DNA of 64,000 nt from Rhodospirillales bacterium (GTDB taxonomy: Bacteria; Pseudomonadota; Alphaproteobacteria; Rhodospirillales; Casp-alpha2), in assembly GCA_965601835.1 (NCBI GenBank), contig OZ271842.1, positions 909,630 through 973,629 on the forward strand, in the 5' to 3' direction. Positions 16,898-27,833 of the stretch are shown here, piece after piece; position 1 is the stretch's first letter; each line of letters begins with the position of its first letter. A program made the translations under genes and the position numbers. The notes under the pieces are model-generated. The model was not told where the DNA came from, did no database searches, and was given only the letters and a program-made list of their open reading frames with translations.

Positions 16898-17665
16898 TCA
16901 GCGCTCCGCGCTCTGCTCCAAAACAGGGTTGCCGCCGAGCGACGTCAGCAACTCCACCACGTCGGCGGCGGCGGCATCGGCGCGCGCCGCATCCACCGCG
17001 CGGATCACGATCGCGGCACCCACCTTGCCGTCGCGGAAAAACGGATACGAGCCGATCTCGGTGTCCGGATATCGTTCCTGCAATTCACCCAGCGGCCCGC
17101 CGGCCTTGCCCTCCGGCACGTGGCTGACGACGGTGCGGCTGACCATGGGCTGGCCGCCAGTCAGTTCATGTTTGATGGACTGGAACATCGCCTGCATCAC
17201 GCGGGGCACGCCGGCCATGACGAACACGTTCTCGACCCGGAACCCGGGCGCCTTGGAAATCGGGTTTTCGATCAGGCTCGCGCCGACCGGGGTCTTGGCC
17301 ATGCGGTAGCGGGCCTCGGTCCGGTCCTCGGGCTTATAATGCGCATCCAGGATCGCGACGGCCTCCGGGTTCGGACCGAATTCCAGGCCGAACGCCTGCG
17401 CCACGCACTCGGCGGTGATGTCGTCGTGGGTCGGGCCGATGCCGCCGGTGGTGAACACGTAGTCATAGCGGCCGCGCAGGTTGTTGACCGCCTCGACGAT
17501 CCGTGCCGGCACATCGGCGACGACCCGGGCCTCCATCATGCGGATGCCGAGGTCGTTCAGCTGCTCGCCGAGAAAGGCGAGGTTCGCGTCCTTGGTGCGG
17601 CCGGACAGGATCTCGTTGCCGATGATCGCCATCCCGGCGGTGACAGTATTTCCGTTTTGTGACAC
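16898..17665 (-). CDS. CinA-like molybdopterin-binding (MoCF_biosynth) domain protein
   Basis: IIGNEILSGRTKDANL and FTTGGIGPTHDDIT motifs. Confidence 0.8.
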   Translation of the reverse strand: MSQNGNTVTAGMAIIGNEILSGRTKDANLAFLGEQLNDLGIRMMEARVVADVPARIVEAVNNLRGRYDYVFTTGGIGPTHDDITAECVAQAFGLEFGPNPEAVAILDAHYKPEDRTEARYRMAKTPVGASLIENPISKAPGFRVENVFVMAGVPRVMQAMFQSIKHELTGGQPMVSRTVVSHVPEGKAGGPLGELQERYPDTEIGSYPFFRDGKVGAAIVIRAVDAARADAAAADVVELLTSLGGNPVLEQSAER

Positions 17666-17773
17666 GGGCGGGGACCGATTTTTCGTTGCAGAGGCCGATT
17701 ATGTAACGGCCCGGGCCGCGGGCTGTCAAAGAACACCCCTGCTCGCCCCCATCGCGTTATCGATCCCATCGAT

Positions 17774-17812
17774 AACAAAAAGGGCGGCATCGACGAAATC
17801 GATACCGCCCCC
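17774..17812 (-). terminator. Rho-independent terminator after the 17833-18345 gene
   Basis: Minus strand reads ggggcggtatcga-tttcg-tcgatgccgccc followed by tttttgtt. Confidence 0.75.
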
Positions 17813-17832
17813 TTGCTGATTTCGGGACCGAC

Positions 17833-18345
17833 TTAACTCTCGATCTTCCAGTCGCCGTCCGGCATTTGACACGCGGTGCCGTAGCCGACCTGCGCCTCGC
17901 CGCCGACGATCACTTCGGTCTGGTATTCCCGGCAATAGGCGCCGGTCCGGGTATGGGTTCCTTCGCGGGTCGGCGTGACCGATCCGCTGTTACCGCTTTT
18001 GGGGTTCGACCAGGAAATCGTCTCACCCACCGGGGCGTCCCAGGCCACGGTCTGCGCCCGTTGCGCATAGGCCTGGTCGGCGCGGTCGAGGGATTTACCC
18101 ACTTCGCCGCCGAACAGGCCGCCGAGCACAGCACCCGCCGCCGTCGCCACCAATTGGCCGTTCCCCTTGCCGACCTGAGATCCGGCAAGACCGCCGAGAC
18201 CGGCACCCAACACGGCACCCACGGCCTGCTTGTCACCGGAATCGGTGACGCAGCCACCCAGCATGCCGACGCTGAGCACGGCCACCAGCGGCAGGGTCCA
18301 CCGCAGTCGGCGACGTCGTTCGGATATCGCATAAGAATGTGTCAT
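17833..18345 (-). CDS. Glycine-zipper outer-membrane lipoprotein (17-kDa surface antigen-like)
   Basis: Lipobox LGGC, glycine zipper GAVLGAGLGGLAGSQVG...GAVLGGLFGG, and a C-terminal ...YCREY... domain. ATG 18345 preceded by aggagg. Confidence 0.8.
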   Translation of the reverse strand: MTHSYAISERRRRLRWTLPLVAVLSVGMLGGCVTDSGDKQAVGAVLGAGLGGLAGSQVGKGNGQLVATAAGAVLGGLFGGEVGKSLDRADQAYAQRAQTVAWDAPVGETISWSNPKSGNSGSVTPTREGTHTRTGAYCREYQTEVIVGGEAQVGYGTACQMPDGDWKIES

Positions 18346-18559
18346 TTTTGGTCCTCCTGTATCGGCACCATTTGAATCCGTTAATGACATCATATTTAAG
18401 TTTATTTTTATTGTCAATTATGTTTTTAAATATATATCTACTTGAGCGTGATCTTTACTTCTTGCTTGTTATCAATGCGATAGAGGTAGACACATCGAAG
18501 AACTGCCCCTATATATAAAAATAAAATTATCAATAAATTTGTGCTTATTGGGGTGTGAG

Positions 18560-18958
18560 ATGCCGCTGACCTATACTGATAGACAACGCCGGGAGTACCT
18601 GACGTTCACGGATCAGGTGGGGCAGAATTGGGTCCGCGTATTTCAGGGCGATACCGAGTTCTATTCCGCCGCGTACTGGGATTTGCTGACGTTTCTGTGG
18701 CGCCATGGCCAGCCGGTGCGCAAAACCGAGGCCCTCAAGGCGATCACCGGGGTGCGCAGTCCGCTGACCGCCGCGAAGTATGCCGATACCGCCATCGCCC
18801 GCGGCATGATCGTCGAGCAGGAAAACCCGGAGGACGCGCGCTCGAAACTGCTGAGCTTGTCCCACGCCATGCGCGCGCAGTTGGACGGCTTTTTCGACGA
18901 CGCCGTCCACGAGCTAAGAAAGGCGGCGGACCGGGTCGGCGCGCCGGACAGCGCCTAG
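18560..18958 (+). CDS. MarR-like winged-helix transcriptional regulator (tentative)
   Basis: Small size, a helix-turn-helix-like central segment and ...DARSKLLSLSHAMRAQL resembling the MarR wing/helix. Divergent from the lipoprotein gene across an AT-rich region. Confidence 0.5.
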   Translation: MPLTYTDRQRREYLTFTDQVGQNWVRVFQGDTEFYSAAYWDLLTFLWRHGQPVRKTEALKAITGVRSPLTAAKYADTAIARGMIVEQENPEDARSKLLSLSHAMRAQLDGFFDDAVHELRKAADRVGAPDSA

Positions 18959-19416
18959 AGGTAATCCCGCAGCATCGCCACCAGCGGCGCATCGGCCGGC
19001 GGCATGGGGTAATCGCCGAGCCGCACCGGCCGCACCCACTTGATCTCCTGGCCCTCATGCGGCGTCACCTGACCGTGCCAGACCCGGCACAGATACAGCG
19101 GCATCAGCAGGTGGAAATCCTCGTAAACATGGCTCGCGAAGGTGAACGGCGCGAGGCAGGTTTCCGTCAGATCGATGCCCAGTTCCTCACGCAGCTCGCG
19201 CACCAACGCGGTTTCCGGAAACTCGCCCGGCTCGACCTTACCGCCCGGGAACTCCCACAGTCCGGCCATGGACTTGCCCTCGGGCCGCCGCGCGATCAGC
19301 ACCCGGTCGTCCGCGTCGATGAGAGCCGCGGCGACAACCAGTATTGTTTTCAGCGACTTACCCGCGCCCGAGAACGGCGCGTCCCAGCAGCCGCTATCAG
19401 GACCGGTAGTCGGCAT
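18955..19416 (-). CDS. mutT: NUDIX hydrolase, MutT-like 8-oxo-dGTP diphosphatase
   Basis: Nudix box GLWEFPGGKVEPGEFPETALVRELREELG. Confidence 0.85.
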   Translation of the reverse strand: MPTTGPDSGCWDAPFSGAGKSLKTILVVAAALIDADDRVLIARRPEGKSMAGLWEFPGGKVEPGEFPETALVRELREELGIDLTETCLAPFTFASHVYEDFHLLMPLYLCRVWHGQVTPHEGQEIKWVRPVRLGDYPMPPADAPLVAMLRDYL

Positions 19417-20626
19417 TGATCGTGATGTACCCGTGTGTCAGATCGCAGGTCCAGACCGTCGCCGCCCCATCGCCGAGGCCGAGGTCGACGTCGATATCGA
19501 TCTCCTGGCCGGTCATGTGCGCCGCCACCGGCGCTTCGTCGAAACCGTCCACCGCGGCCCCATCGCGGGCCACATCGACCCCGCCGATGCGGATCGCCAG
19601 CTTGTCCCGCTCCGCCCGCTCGCCCGCCTTACCGACCGCCATAACGATTCGCCCCCAATTGGCGTCCTCGCCGGCAATCGCCGTCTTCACCAGCGGCGAA
19701 TTGGCAACCGCAAGCGCGATCCGCTTTGCCGCCATCTCGGTGTCGGCGCCGGTCACCCGCACTTCGATGAATTTGCTGGCCCCTTCCCCGTCACGCACCA
19801 CTTGCTTGGCAAGATCGACACATAGATCGTCGAGCGCGGCGCGGAAATCGGCCAATTCAGGTGCCTCGGCGTCGGAAATGGGCGCGTGCGCCGCGGCCCC
19901 GGTGGCGAACACGAGCACGGTATCGCTGGTCGAGGTATCGCTGTCGACCGTCGTGCGATTGAAACTTTTTTCCACCGCCGCAGAGAGACATGCCTGCAGC
20001 ACATTCGCGGGGATCGCCGCATCGGTGGCGACGAATGCCAGCATGGTGGCAAGGTCCGGCGCAATCATGCCCGAGCCCTTGGCGATCCCGTTCAGGGTGA
20101 CGGTGGTACCGCCGATCGCCGCGGTCCGGGTCGCGCCCTTCGGAAAGGTATCGGTGGTCATGATCGCCGCCGCGGCATCTTCCCAGCGCTCTTCAATCAG
20201 GGCCGGAGCAAGGTGACCCAGCTTTTCGACGATGGGCTCGGCGGGCAGCACCTCGCCGATCACGCCGGTCGATGCGGCGAACACCCGGCTCGGCCGGGTC
20301 GCGAGACTATCCGCCACCGCTTGCACCACCGCCTCGCAGGCCGCCGCCCCGGCACCCCCGGTGAACGCATTGGCGTTACCGGCGTTGACGACAAGGCCCT
20401 CGGCCTCCCCGCCATGCAAGTGTTGGCGGCACCAATCGACGGGCGCCGACGGGCATAACGAGGTGGTGAACACACCGGCCACCTGCGTGCCCTTGGCGAA
20501 CCGCATCAGCAACAGGTCCGGCCGGCCTTGATACTTGATGCCCGTCGCCGCCACCGCCATCGCGGCACCGGCAATCGCCGGCATCTCGGGGAACCGGTCC
20601 GGTGCGAGGGGCGACAGGTCGGTCAC
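19397..20626 (-). CDS. argJ: Bifunctional glutamate N-acetyltransferase / amino-acid acetyltransferase ArgJ
   Basis: Autoprocessing site region ATMLAFVATDA, KGSGMIAPD, and the C-terminal YITINADYRS. Confidence 0.95.
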   Translation of the reverse strand: MTDLSPLAPDRFPEMPAIAGAAMAVAATGIKYQGRPDLLLMRFAKGTQVAGVFTTSLCPSAPVDWCRQHLHGGEAEGLVVNAGNANAFTGGAGAAACEAVVQAVADSLATRPSRVFAASTGVIGEVLPAEPIVEKLGHLAPALIEERWEDAAAAIMTTDTFPKGATRTAAIGGTTVTLNGIAKGSGMIAPDLATMLAFVATDAAIPANVLQACLSAAVEKSFNRTTVDSDTSTSDTVLVFATGAAAHAPISDAEAPELADFRAALDDLCVDLAKQVVRDGEGASKFIEVRVTGADTEMAAKRIALAVANSPLVKTAIAGEDANWGRIVMAVGKAGERAERDKLAIRIGGVDVARDGAAVDGFDEAPVAAHMTGQEIDIDVDLGLGDGAATVWTCDLTHGYITINADYRS

Positions 20627-21444
20627 GGTTTGCTGCCGTCGATACTGAACCGTTCGATCTCGGCGGTCGCGCGCAGTTCCTCGACATATTTCTGGCCGGC
20701 GAATTGCGCCGCTTCTTCGCGCAGTTGATCGATGCTGTCTTCGAAGCTCGGCGGCGTCACGGCGCGGCGCTCTTCGACCTTGATGACGTGAAAGCCAAAC
20801 TGGGTCTGCACCGGCTCGCGCGAATGCTGCCCGTCTTCGAGGGCGAACGCCGCCTCCTCGAACGGACCGACCATCTGACCGCGGCCGAAGAACCCAAGTT
20901 CGCCGCCCCGTGGGCCGCTTGGGCCGGTCGAATGCTCCTGCGCCAGGGCCGCGAAATCCGCGCCCTCGTCCAATTGCTTGATCAAGTCGGTCGCCGCATC
21001 GGCGGTTTCGACCAGGATATGCCGGGCGCGAAGCTCGACCGCCTGTTCACCGGATTGGCGTTCGTCGTACATGGCACGGAGTTTCTCGTCGCTGACGGCG
21101 GCGTCGATCACCTGACGCACGGCATACCGCTCCAACAACTGATCGGCCACGGTGGCGAGGCGCCGCTGATACTCCGCTTCTTTGTCCAAGCCGCGGTTGC
21201 GGGCGTCGGCGGCAACCAACTTGCTGTCGATCATGCTGGTCAGCAACAGCGTGTAGAGCTGCTCCATCGGCACCGCTTGATACTCGCGCGGCAGGTTCTC
21301 GCGTGCGGCCTCAACATCGGAGCGCGTGATTTCCTCGCCATTGACCACCGCGACAACGGGGTCGTCGGCGGCCAGCACGGGGGTCCCCAACAACATGGCG
21401 GCCAGCATCAAAGCGCCGAGCCGGGATATCGAACGTACGGTCAT
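20623..21444 (-). CDS. Periplasmic parvulin (PpiC-type) peptidyl-prolyl isomerase, SurA/PrsA-like
   Basis: RARHILV...GGELGFF.......PFEEAAF...G.....PVQTQFGFHVIKVE. Signal peptide from MTVRSISRLG (ATG 21444, RBS aagga); 21453 is the alternative start. Confidence 0.85.
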   Translation of the reverse strand: MTVRSISRLGALMLAAMLLGTPVLAADDPVVAVVNGEEITRSDVEAARENLPREYQAVPMEQLYTLLLTSMIDSKLVAADARNRGLDKEAEYQRRLATVADQLLERYAVRQVIDAAVSDEKLRAMYDERQSGEQAVELRARHILVETADAATDLIKQLDEGADFAALAQEHSTGPSGPRGGELGFFGRGQMVGPFEEAAFALEDGQHSREPVQTQFGFHVIKVEERRAVTPPSFEDSIDQLREEAAQFAGQKYVEELRATAEIERFSIDGSKP

Positions 21445-21703
21445 AGGAAGCATCCTTGGATTTGTGGGGCCCTCGCGGGCATTGAGGGGGATAAAACACC
21501 CCCTGGCCCCGCCGGGCAAGGGCCGACGCGCCATGGCCTGCCACCGGGCCCCACCCCGCCGCGTAACAAAATGAAACACGCCCGAAGCGTTTTATCGCAG
21601 TTCCGAAAAACCCCTGTTGCGAAACGTGGCGATAGTGCTCCTCACACACGGCGTCGCGAGGCGCCTCTCGCTCTAGAACAGATCGCAAAAAGAGGTCAAA
21701 AAG

Positions 21704-21985
21704 ATGGAATTCTTCAAGAACCCGGAACTGATTAAACTCTCCGCGCTGGGCATCGCCTTCGTCATCGGCGTCAGCGTCTGTGTCTATGTTTTCGTCAAGG
21801 AAACCATGGAACTGCAGCAACGGCGCGCCGCCAAGCACCTGATTTATCAAGACGAAGTCCGCCGCGAGGTCAACCGCCGCCGGATGCAAGAGCAAATCCA
21901 GGCAGCACCGCACGCCGAACCGCAAACCGCGCCGAAAACCGCCATGAAAACCGCCATGAAAACCGAACGACAGTCATTCGCTTGA
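21704..21985 (+). CDS. Small hypothetical single-TM protein
   Basis: RBS-like agagg upstream, one TM segment, a basic coiled segment, then a short TAMK repeat. No family recognised. Confidence 0.5.
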   Translation: MEFFKNPELIKLSALGIAFVIGVSVCVYVFVKETMELQQRRAAKHLIYQDEVRREVNRRRMQEQIQAAPHAEPQTAPKTAMKTAMKTERQSFA

Positions 21986-22112
21986 TCGCGCCGCACATCG
22001 TGCTGTTTCGCGCTAGGCGGACGCAGCGTTACACGGCGCGGGCAACTGTCTTGCATCCCCGCGTAATCGGCGGCATGTTGCGGCGCAATAACTGCGTCTG
22101 AGGGGATATAAC

Positions 22113-23093
22113 ATGAGCTTTACCATTGTCGAACAAGCGCCTGCGCGCCTGAACCGCTCCGAGCTGGCGGTGCCGGGCTCGAGCCCGAAGTTCCTGCAAA
22201 AGGCCGCCGAGAGCGCCGCCGACATGGTGTTCTTGGATCTGGAAGACGCGGTCGCGCCGGACGACAAGGAGCAGGCCCGGAAAAACATCATCGAGGCCCT
22301 CAACGACATGGATTGGTCGTCGAAAACGGTGTCGGTCCGGATCAACGGGCTGGATACGCATTACTGTTACCGGGACGTCGTCGACATCATCGAGCAAGCC
22401 GGCGACAAACTGGACCTGATTATGATCCCGAAAGCCGGTACGGCGGCCGACATTTACGCCATCGATATGCTGGTGACGCAAATCGAAGCGGCCAAGGGCT
22501 ACACGTCGAAAATCGGCTTCGAAATGATCATCGAAACCGCGCTTGGGATGGAAAACATCCACGAGATCGCCGCCGCCTCGCCGCGCAACGAATCACTGCA
22601 CTTCGGGGTTGCGGATTACGCCGCGTCGACCAAGGCGCGGACCACCAACATCGGCGGCCCGAACGCGGACTATCATGTCCTGACCGACCCACTGGACGAC
22701 GGGCGCCGGGACGTGCATTGGGGCGATATGTGGCATTACGCCATCGCCCGGATGGTGGTCGCGGCGCGGGCCAACGGCCTGCGGCCGATCGACGGCCCCT
22801 TCGGCGACATCCGCGATGGCGACGGCTATGTGGCGCAAGCGAAACGCGCAGCGGTCCTGGGATGCGAGGGGAAATGGGCCATTCACCCGACGCAGATCGA
22901 CCTCGCCAACGACGTGTTCAGCCCCTCCGAAGAGGCCGTGGCGCAAGCGCAAGCCATCCTCGACGCGATGGAGGAGGCGCAAAAGCAAGGCCGCGGCGCG
23001 GTGACCCTGAACGGCAAACTGATCGACATCGCGTCGATCAAGCAGGCCAAGGTGCTGGTGGACACGGCGGCGCAGATCGCCGAAAGCGCCTAG
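22113..23093 (+). CDS. mcl1: L-malyl-CoA / beta-methylmalyl-CoA lyase (HpcH/CitE fold)
   Basis: Near-collinear with my memory of Rhodobacter Mcl1: LDLEDAVAPDDK, VRINGLDT..YRDVVD, IMIPK, GKWAIHP.Q, LIDIASIKQA. Confidence 0.85.
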   Translation: MSFTIVEQAPARLNRSELAVPGSSPKFLQKAAESAADMVFLDLEDAVAPDDKEQARKNIIEALNDMDWSSKTVSVRINGLDTHYCYRDVVDIIEQAGDKLDLIMIPKAGTAADIYAIDMLVTQIEAAKGYTSKIGFEMIIETALGMENIHEIAAASPRNESLHFGVADYAASTKARTTNIGGPNADYHVLTDPLDDGRRDVHWGDMWHYAIARMVVAARANGLRPIDGPFGDIRDGDGYVAQAKRAAVLGCEGKWAIHPTQIDLANDVFSPSEEAVAQAQAILDAMEEAQKQGRGAVTLNGKLIDIASIKQAKVLVDTAAQIAESA

Positions 23094-23156
23094 ACCGCCC
23101 GTCGCGCCGGACAGTTATCCGTTTTCATGCCGCATGGCGCGTGATAGAGAACGCTG

Positions 23157-24113
23157 ATGCACGCCTATCTGGACTTCGAAAAGCCGATTGCCGACCTTGA
23201 GAGCAAAATCGAGGAGCTCCGGCATTTGTCGAGCGAAGGCGAGGTAAACATCGCCGACGAAGTCGGCAATCTGCAGGAAAAGGTGCAAAAACTGCTGACC
23301 CAGACGTATGGGAAGCTGACCCCGTGGCAAAAAGCCCAGGTCGCCCGGCACCAGAACCGTCCGCACGCAGGCGCCTATATCCGTCATCTGATCACCGATT
23401 TCACGCCGCTCGCCGGCGACCGCACATTCGCCGAGGATGCCGCGATTATCGGCGGCATGGGCCGGTTTCGCGGCCGTTCCGTGGTCGTCATCGGCAACGA
23501 AAAAGGCGACACCACGGAAACCCGCATTCAACACAATTTCGGCATGGCGCGGCCGGAGGGATACCGCAAGGCGCAGCGGCTGATGCAACTCGCCGACCGC
23601 TTCGGCATGCCGGTCTTGACGTTCGTCGACACGCCCGGCGCCTATCCCGGGGTCGACGCGGAAGCCCGCGGCCAAGCCGAAGCCATCGCCCGTTCCATCG
23701 AAACCTGCATCTCGATCAAGTCGCCGTTCGTCAGCCTCGTCATCGGCGAGGGCGGGTCCGGCGGCGCCATCGCCCTGGCGGCGGCGGATACGGTGATGAT
23801 GCTGGAGCATGCCATTTACTCCGTCATCTCGCCCGAAGGCTGCGCCTCGATCCTATGGCGGGATGCGGAAAAGGCCGCAGATGCGGCGGAAGCGCTGCGC
23901 CTCACGGCGCAGGACCTATTGAAGCTGGGCGTCATCGACCAGATTGTCTCGGAGCCGCTTGGCGGCGCGCACCGCTCACCGGCCGAAACCATCGAGAAAG
24001 CGGGCGATGCGATCGAAAAAGCGCTGGAGCCTCTGTCGGCCCTGTCGTCGGAAGAATTGATCCGGAACCGGCGCACCAAATTCCTGGAGATGGGGAAACT
24101 CGGCCTCGGCTGA
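23157..24113 (+). CDS. accA: Acetyl-CoA carboxylase carboxyltransferase alpha subunit
   Basis: [46 protein letters not shown]. Confidence 0.95.
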   Translation: MHAYLDFEKPIADLESKIEELRHLSSEGEVNIADEVGNLQEKVQKLLTQTYGKLTPWQKAQVARHQNRPHAGAYIRHLITDFTPLAGDRTFAEDAAIIGGMGRFRGRSVVVIGNEKGDTTETRIQHNFGMARPEGYRKAQRLMQLADRFGMPVLTFVDTPGAYPGVDAEARGQAEAIARSIETCISIKSPFVSLVIGEGGSGGAIALAAADTVMMLEHAIYSVISPEGCASILWRDAEKAADAAEALRLTAQDLLKLGVIDQIVSEPLGGAHRSPAETIEKAGDAIEKALEPLSALSSEELIRNRRTKFLEMGKLGLG

Positions 24114-24117
24114 GATC

Positions 24118-24912
24118 TTACTGCAGGACCGAGATCAGCTTCGGCTCGCGCCCGACAATCTCCCCCGCCAGCACCGCATCGACAACCTTGTCCCCATAGA
24201 CGTCGTAAATCAGCCGCAGGTGCTCCGGCCGCCAATCGCGGGAGAAGAACTGCTTGCCGCCGTGCTTTTGCGGCACGCCCGCAGGCAGCGCATCGAAATC
24301 CAAGCCCGGCAAGCGGGTCGCCAAACTCTCCGCATAATCCGCAACCGCCCGCGCCGCGAGGCGATGCAGGCTATCGCCCGCCACCATGGGCGCACCGGTT
24401 TGATGAACGACACCGCCGGCGTCGACCTTGGGCGTCGTTTCGTGCAACGTCATGCCGGTCATCTGTGGCTCCAGGAAATAACTCGGCCAGAAATGCGTGA
24501 TCACGCCACGGTAATCCGGCGACAGACCGCCATGGCTGTTCCAGAACCGTGTATCCGCGGCACTCATCAGGTCGTTCGTCAGAATGTGGCAACCATACGA
24601 GATCACCAAGCGGGGCCGCAGCCGCTTCAGGAATGCGACGGTCTCGGCGCCGTTGAGAGTCTCTCGCGTGACCTCGAGGGTTTCGACGTCGGGATGCTTG
24701 GCGCCGCCGAATACGTCGTTCTCGGTCGCATCCCGCAAATCGAAGTGCTTCACGAACAATTGCCGCAATGACGGACCCAATCCGGCCGGCGGCTCGGGCA
24801 CGAACGCTTCGCGCACTTCGCGGACCCAGCCGATGACAAGGCAGGTCGCCGCCAATCGCTCGACCAAATACGTGTGCCGCGGGTGATCGCCTGTAATAAG
24901 AACGATGCTCAT
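24118..24912 (-). CDS. Formyltransferase-domain protein (stand-alone)
   Basis: N-terminal MSIVLITG and a central NSHGGLSPDYRG resembling the HxSLLPxxRG formyltransferase motif. ATG 24912. Confidence 0.6.
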   Translation of the reverse strand: MSIVLITGDHPRHTYLVERLAATCLVIGWVREVREAFVPEPPAGLGPSLRQLFVKHFDLRDATENDVFGGAKHPDVETLEVTRETLNGAETVAFLKRLRPRLVISYGCHILTNDLMSAADTRFWNSHGGLSPDYRGVITHFWPSYFLEPQMTGMTLHETTPKVDAGGVVHQTGAPMVAGDSLHRLAARAVADYAESLATRLPGLDFDALPAGVPQKHGGKQFFSRDWRPEHLRLIYDVYGDKVVDAVLAGEIVGREPKLISVLQ

Positions 24913-24974
24913 GGAAATACCTCGTCCAATCGGACGGAAGTATCCCGAACAAACGTTAACGAGAAGCTTAGGGC

Positions 24975-27701
24975 CTAGGCCACCTTGCCGTGGCAGTGCT
25001 TGTACTTCTTGCCCGACCCGCATGGGCACGGCGCGTTACGAGGCACCCGGCCCCACGTCGACGGATCGTTGGGGTCGATCTCGGCGGCGCTTTGCCGGCG
25101 GCTGACCGTCGCCGTCGCCGCGCCGGACGCGACCGGCTCGGGCTGTTCATTGGCAAGCGCCGGGTCGGTCCGGGTCTCGTGCATCTCCTGCTGCTCGCGC
25201 GGCATCAGCGCGTCTTCCGGCGGCGCGGCCTCGAACTGGACATGCGCCAACACCGACGTGATGCGGTCGCGCAGGCTGGCCAACATCTCCTCGAACAGGT
25301 TGAAGGCTTCGCGCTTGTATTCGTTGAGCGGGTCGCGTTGCCCATAGGCCCTGAGCCCGATCCCTTGGCGCAAGTGATCGAGGGTCAGCAGGTGCTCTTT
25401 CCATGTCTGGTCGAGCATCTGCAACAGCAGACTTTTTTCCACCATCCGCATGACATCGGGACCGACGTTGGCGGCTTTCTCGGCCATTCGCCGGTCGGTC
25501 GCATCGACCAACCGCTCGCGGATTTCCTCGTCGGCGATCCCTTCTTCCTTGGCCCAGTCATGGACCGGCAAGTCGACCCCGAACACTCGCTGGACCTCCT
25601 CGTGCAGGAAGTCGATATCCCATTGATCCACATAGGCTTTTTCAGGAATCGCGACACTCACCATGTCTTCGATCACCTCATGGCGCATGTTCGTGACGTC
25701 GTCGGCCACGTTTTCGGCGGCCATCATTTCCTTGCGCTGTTCATAAATGACCTTGCGCTGGTCATTCATGACATCGTCGAATTTCAGAAGGTTCTTACGG
25801 ATTTCGAAGTTGCGCGCCTCGACTTTGGTCTGCGCTTTTTCCAACGCCTTGTTGACCCACGGATGAACGATGGCCTCGCCCTCTTCCAGGCCCAGCTTCT
25901 GCAGCATGCCGTCGATCCGCTCGGAGCCGAAAATCCGCATCAGATCGTCTTGCAGGGACAGATAGAACTTGGACGTGCCCGGGTCCCCTTGCCGGCCCGA
26001 GCGGCCGCGCAACTGGTTGTCGATGCGCCGGCTTTCGTGCCGTTCGGTGCCGAGCACGTAGAGCCCGCCGGCCTGCAGCACGACATCGCGGTCCTGCGCG
26101 ATCTCGTCTCTAATCTTCTCAACCGCCTTGTCGTAGGCGTCGGTTCCCGGTTCCGCTTTGATTTCTTGCGCGATGCGCATCTCGAAGTTGCCGCCGAGCT
26201 GAATATCCGTGCCGCGGCCGGCCATGTTGGTGGCGATCGTCACCGCGCCGGGCCGCCCCGCCTGGGCGACGATGAACGCTTCCTGCTCGTGGTAGCGCGC
26301 ATTCAGCACGTTATGCGGCACCTTGGACTTTTTCAGGGCCGCTGCCAGTTCTTCGGATTTCTCGATCGACACCGTGCCGACCAGCACCGGTTGTTTGCGT
26401 TTGTGGCAGTCGACGATCTGCTCGACGATCGCGGCGTTTTTCTCGGCCACGGTGCGGTACACCTCGTCGTCGAAATCTTCCCGGGCGACCGGCAGATTGG
26501 TGGGAATTTCCACCACTTCAAGGTTATAGATCTCGGCAAATTCGCCGGCCTCGGTCATCGCCGTCCCGGTCATCCCGGCGAGCTTCGGATACAGGCGGAA
26601 ATAATTCTGGAACGTAATGGATGCGAGGGTCTGGTTCTCGTTCTGGATCTTGACGCTTTCCTTCGCTTCCAGCGCCTGGTGCAGACCCTCCGAATAGCGT
26701 CGCCCCTCCATCATCCGGCCCGTGAATTCATCGATGATGACGACCTGATCGTCTTTGACGATGTAGTCGACATCGCGCTCGAACAGCACATGTGCGCGCA
26801 GCGCTTGGTTGGCGTGATGCACGAGGCTGACGTTCTGAACGTCGTAGAGCGAGCCTTCCTCAAGCAGCCCCGCGTCGCGCATCTTTTGCTCCATCTTTTC
26901 CATGCCGGATTCAGTGAAGCTGGCAGCGCGGGCTTTCTCGTCCTTCTCGTAGTCATCCTCGTCGAGATCGGGAATCAACTTGTTGACGGCGGTATACAGG
27001 TCGCCGAGATCCTCGGTCGGCCCGGAGATGATCAACGGCGTCCGCGCTTCGTCGACCAAGATACTGTCCACCTCGTCGACGATGGCGAAGTTGAAGGGCC
27101 GCTGGACCATTTCCTCCAGGGTGAACTTCATGTTGTCGCGCAGATAATCGAACCCGAGTTCGTTATTGGTGGCATACGTCACGTCGCAGGCGTAGGCCTC
27201 GCGCCGCTCGTCGTCGGACAGGCCGTGGTTGATCACGCCGACGGTCAACCCAAGGAACGTGTAGATCTGCCCCATCCAGGCGGCGTCGCGCTGCGCCAGA
27301 TAGTCGTTCACCGTGACCACGTGAACCCCTTCGCCGCCGAGCGCATTGAGATACACCGCGAGCGTCGCCACCAGGGTCTTCCCCTCCCCGGTCTTCATCT
27401 CCGCGATCATGCCCCGGTGCAGCACCAGACCACCCTTGAGTTGGACATCGTAGTGACGCTGGCCGAGGGTCCGCTTCGCCCCTTCGCGCACCGTCGCAAA
27501 CGCTTCGGGCAGCAAATCGTCAAGGTCGGCGCCGTCTTGCACCCGGGCCCGAAGATCGTCGGTCTTGGCGCGCAGTTCGTCGTCGCTCAGTGCCTCGAAC
27601 TCGGACTCCAGCGCGTTGACGTCGTCCACCACCCCATCCAGGGATTTGATGAACCGGTCGTTCGCCGAGCCGAAGAGTTTTTTCGCAAGATTTTGCAGCA
27701 T
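24975..27701 (-). CDS. secA: Preprotein translocase ATPase SecA
   Basis: [53 protein letters not shown], and the C-terminal zinc site [17 protein letters not shown] 27701. Confidence 0.97.
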   Translation of the reverse strand: MLQNLAKKLFGSANDRFIKSLDGVVDDVNALESEFEALSDDELRAKTDDLRARVQDGADLDDLLPEAFATVREGAKRTLGQRHYDVQLKGGLVLHRGMIAEMKTGEGKTLVATLAVYLNALGGEGVHVVTVNDYLAQRDAAWMGQIYTFLGLTVGVINHGLSDDERREAYACDVTYATNNELGFDYLRDNMKFTLEEMVQRPFNFAIVDEVDSILVDEARTPLIISGPTEDLGDLYTAVNKLIPDLDEDDYEKDEKARAASFTESGMEKMEQKMRDAGLLEEGSLYDVQNVSLVHHANQALRAHVLFERDVDYIVKDDQVVIIDEFTGRMMEGRRYSEGLHQALEAKESVKIQNENQTLASITFQNYFRLYPKLAGMTGTAMTEAGEFAEIYNLEVVEIPTNLPVAREDFDDEVYRTVAEKNAAIVEQIVDCHKRKQPVLVGTVSIEKSEELAAALKKSKVPHNVLNARYHEQEAFIVAQAGRPGAVTIATNMAGRGTDIQLGGNFEMRIAQEIKAEPGTDAYDKAVEKIRDEIAQDRDVVLQAGGLYVLGTERHESRRIDNQLRGRSGRQGDPGTSKFYLSLQDDLMRIFGSERIDGMLQKLGLEEGEAIVHPWVNKALEKAQTKVEARNFEIRKNLLKFDDVMNDQRKVIYEQRKEMMAAENVADDVTNMRHEVIEDMVSVAIPEKAYVDQWDIDFLHEEVQRVFGVDLPVHDWAKEEGIADEEIRERLVDATDRRMAEKAANVGPDVMRMVEKSLLLQMLDQTWKEHLLTLDHLRQGIGLRAYGQRDPLNEYKREAFNLFEEMLASLRDRITSVLAHVQFEAAPPEDALMPREQQEMHETRTDPALANEQPEPVASGAATATVSRRQSAAEIDPNDPSTWGRVPRNAPCPCGSGKKYKHCHGKVA

Positions 27702-27833
27702 GTTAGGCTCCGGAAGCGTGGATCGAACCAGGCCTCGGGCTGGGCGCCGCCGGGCCATCGAAAACGTGTGCAAGAGATAGAGTTACGGACCGGGCCTGTC
27801 AACGCGCGGAACCCACCACAGATTTGCCCGAAA

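Noticed and set aside
21445-21703. 259-bp non-coding gap upstream of a small ORF, examined for a riboswitch or sRNA
   Set aside because: It contains a few short GC hairpins (aggggg...ccccct), but no recognisable riboswitch core and no terminator-like T-tract. Nothing can be supported from sequence alone.
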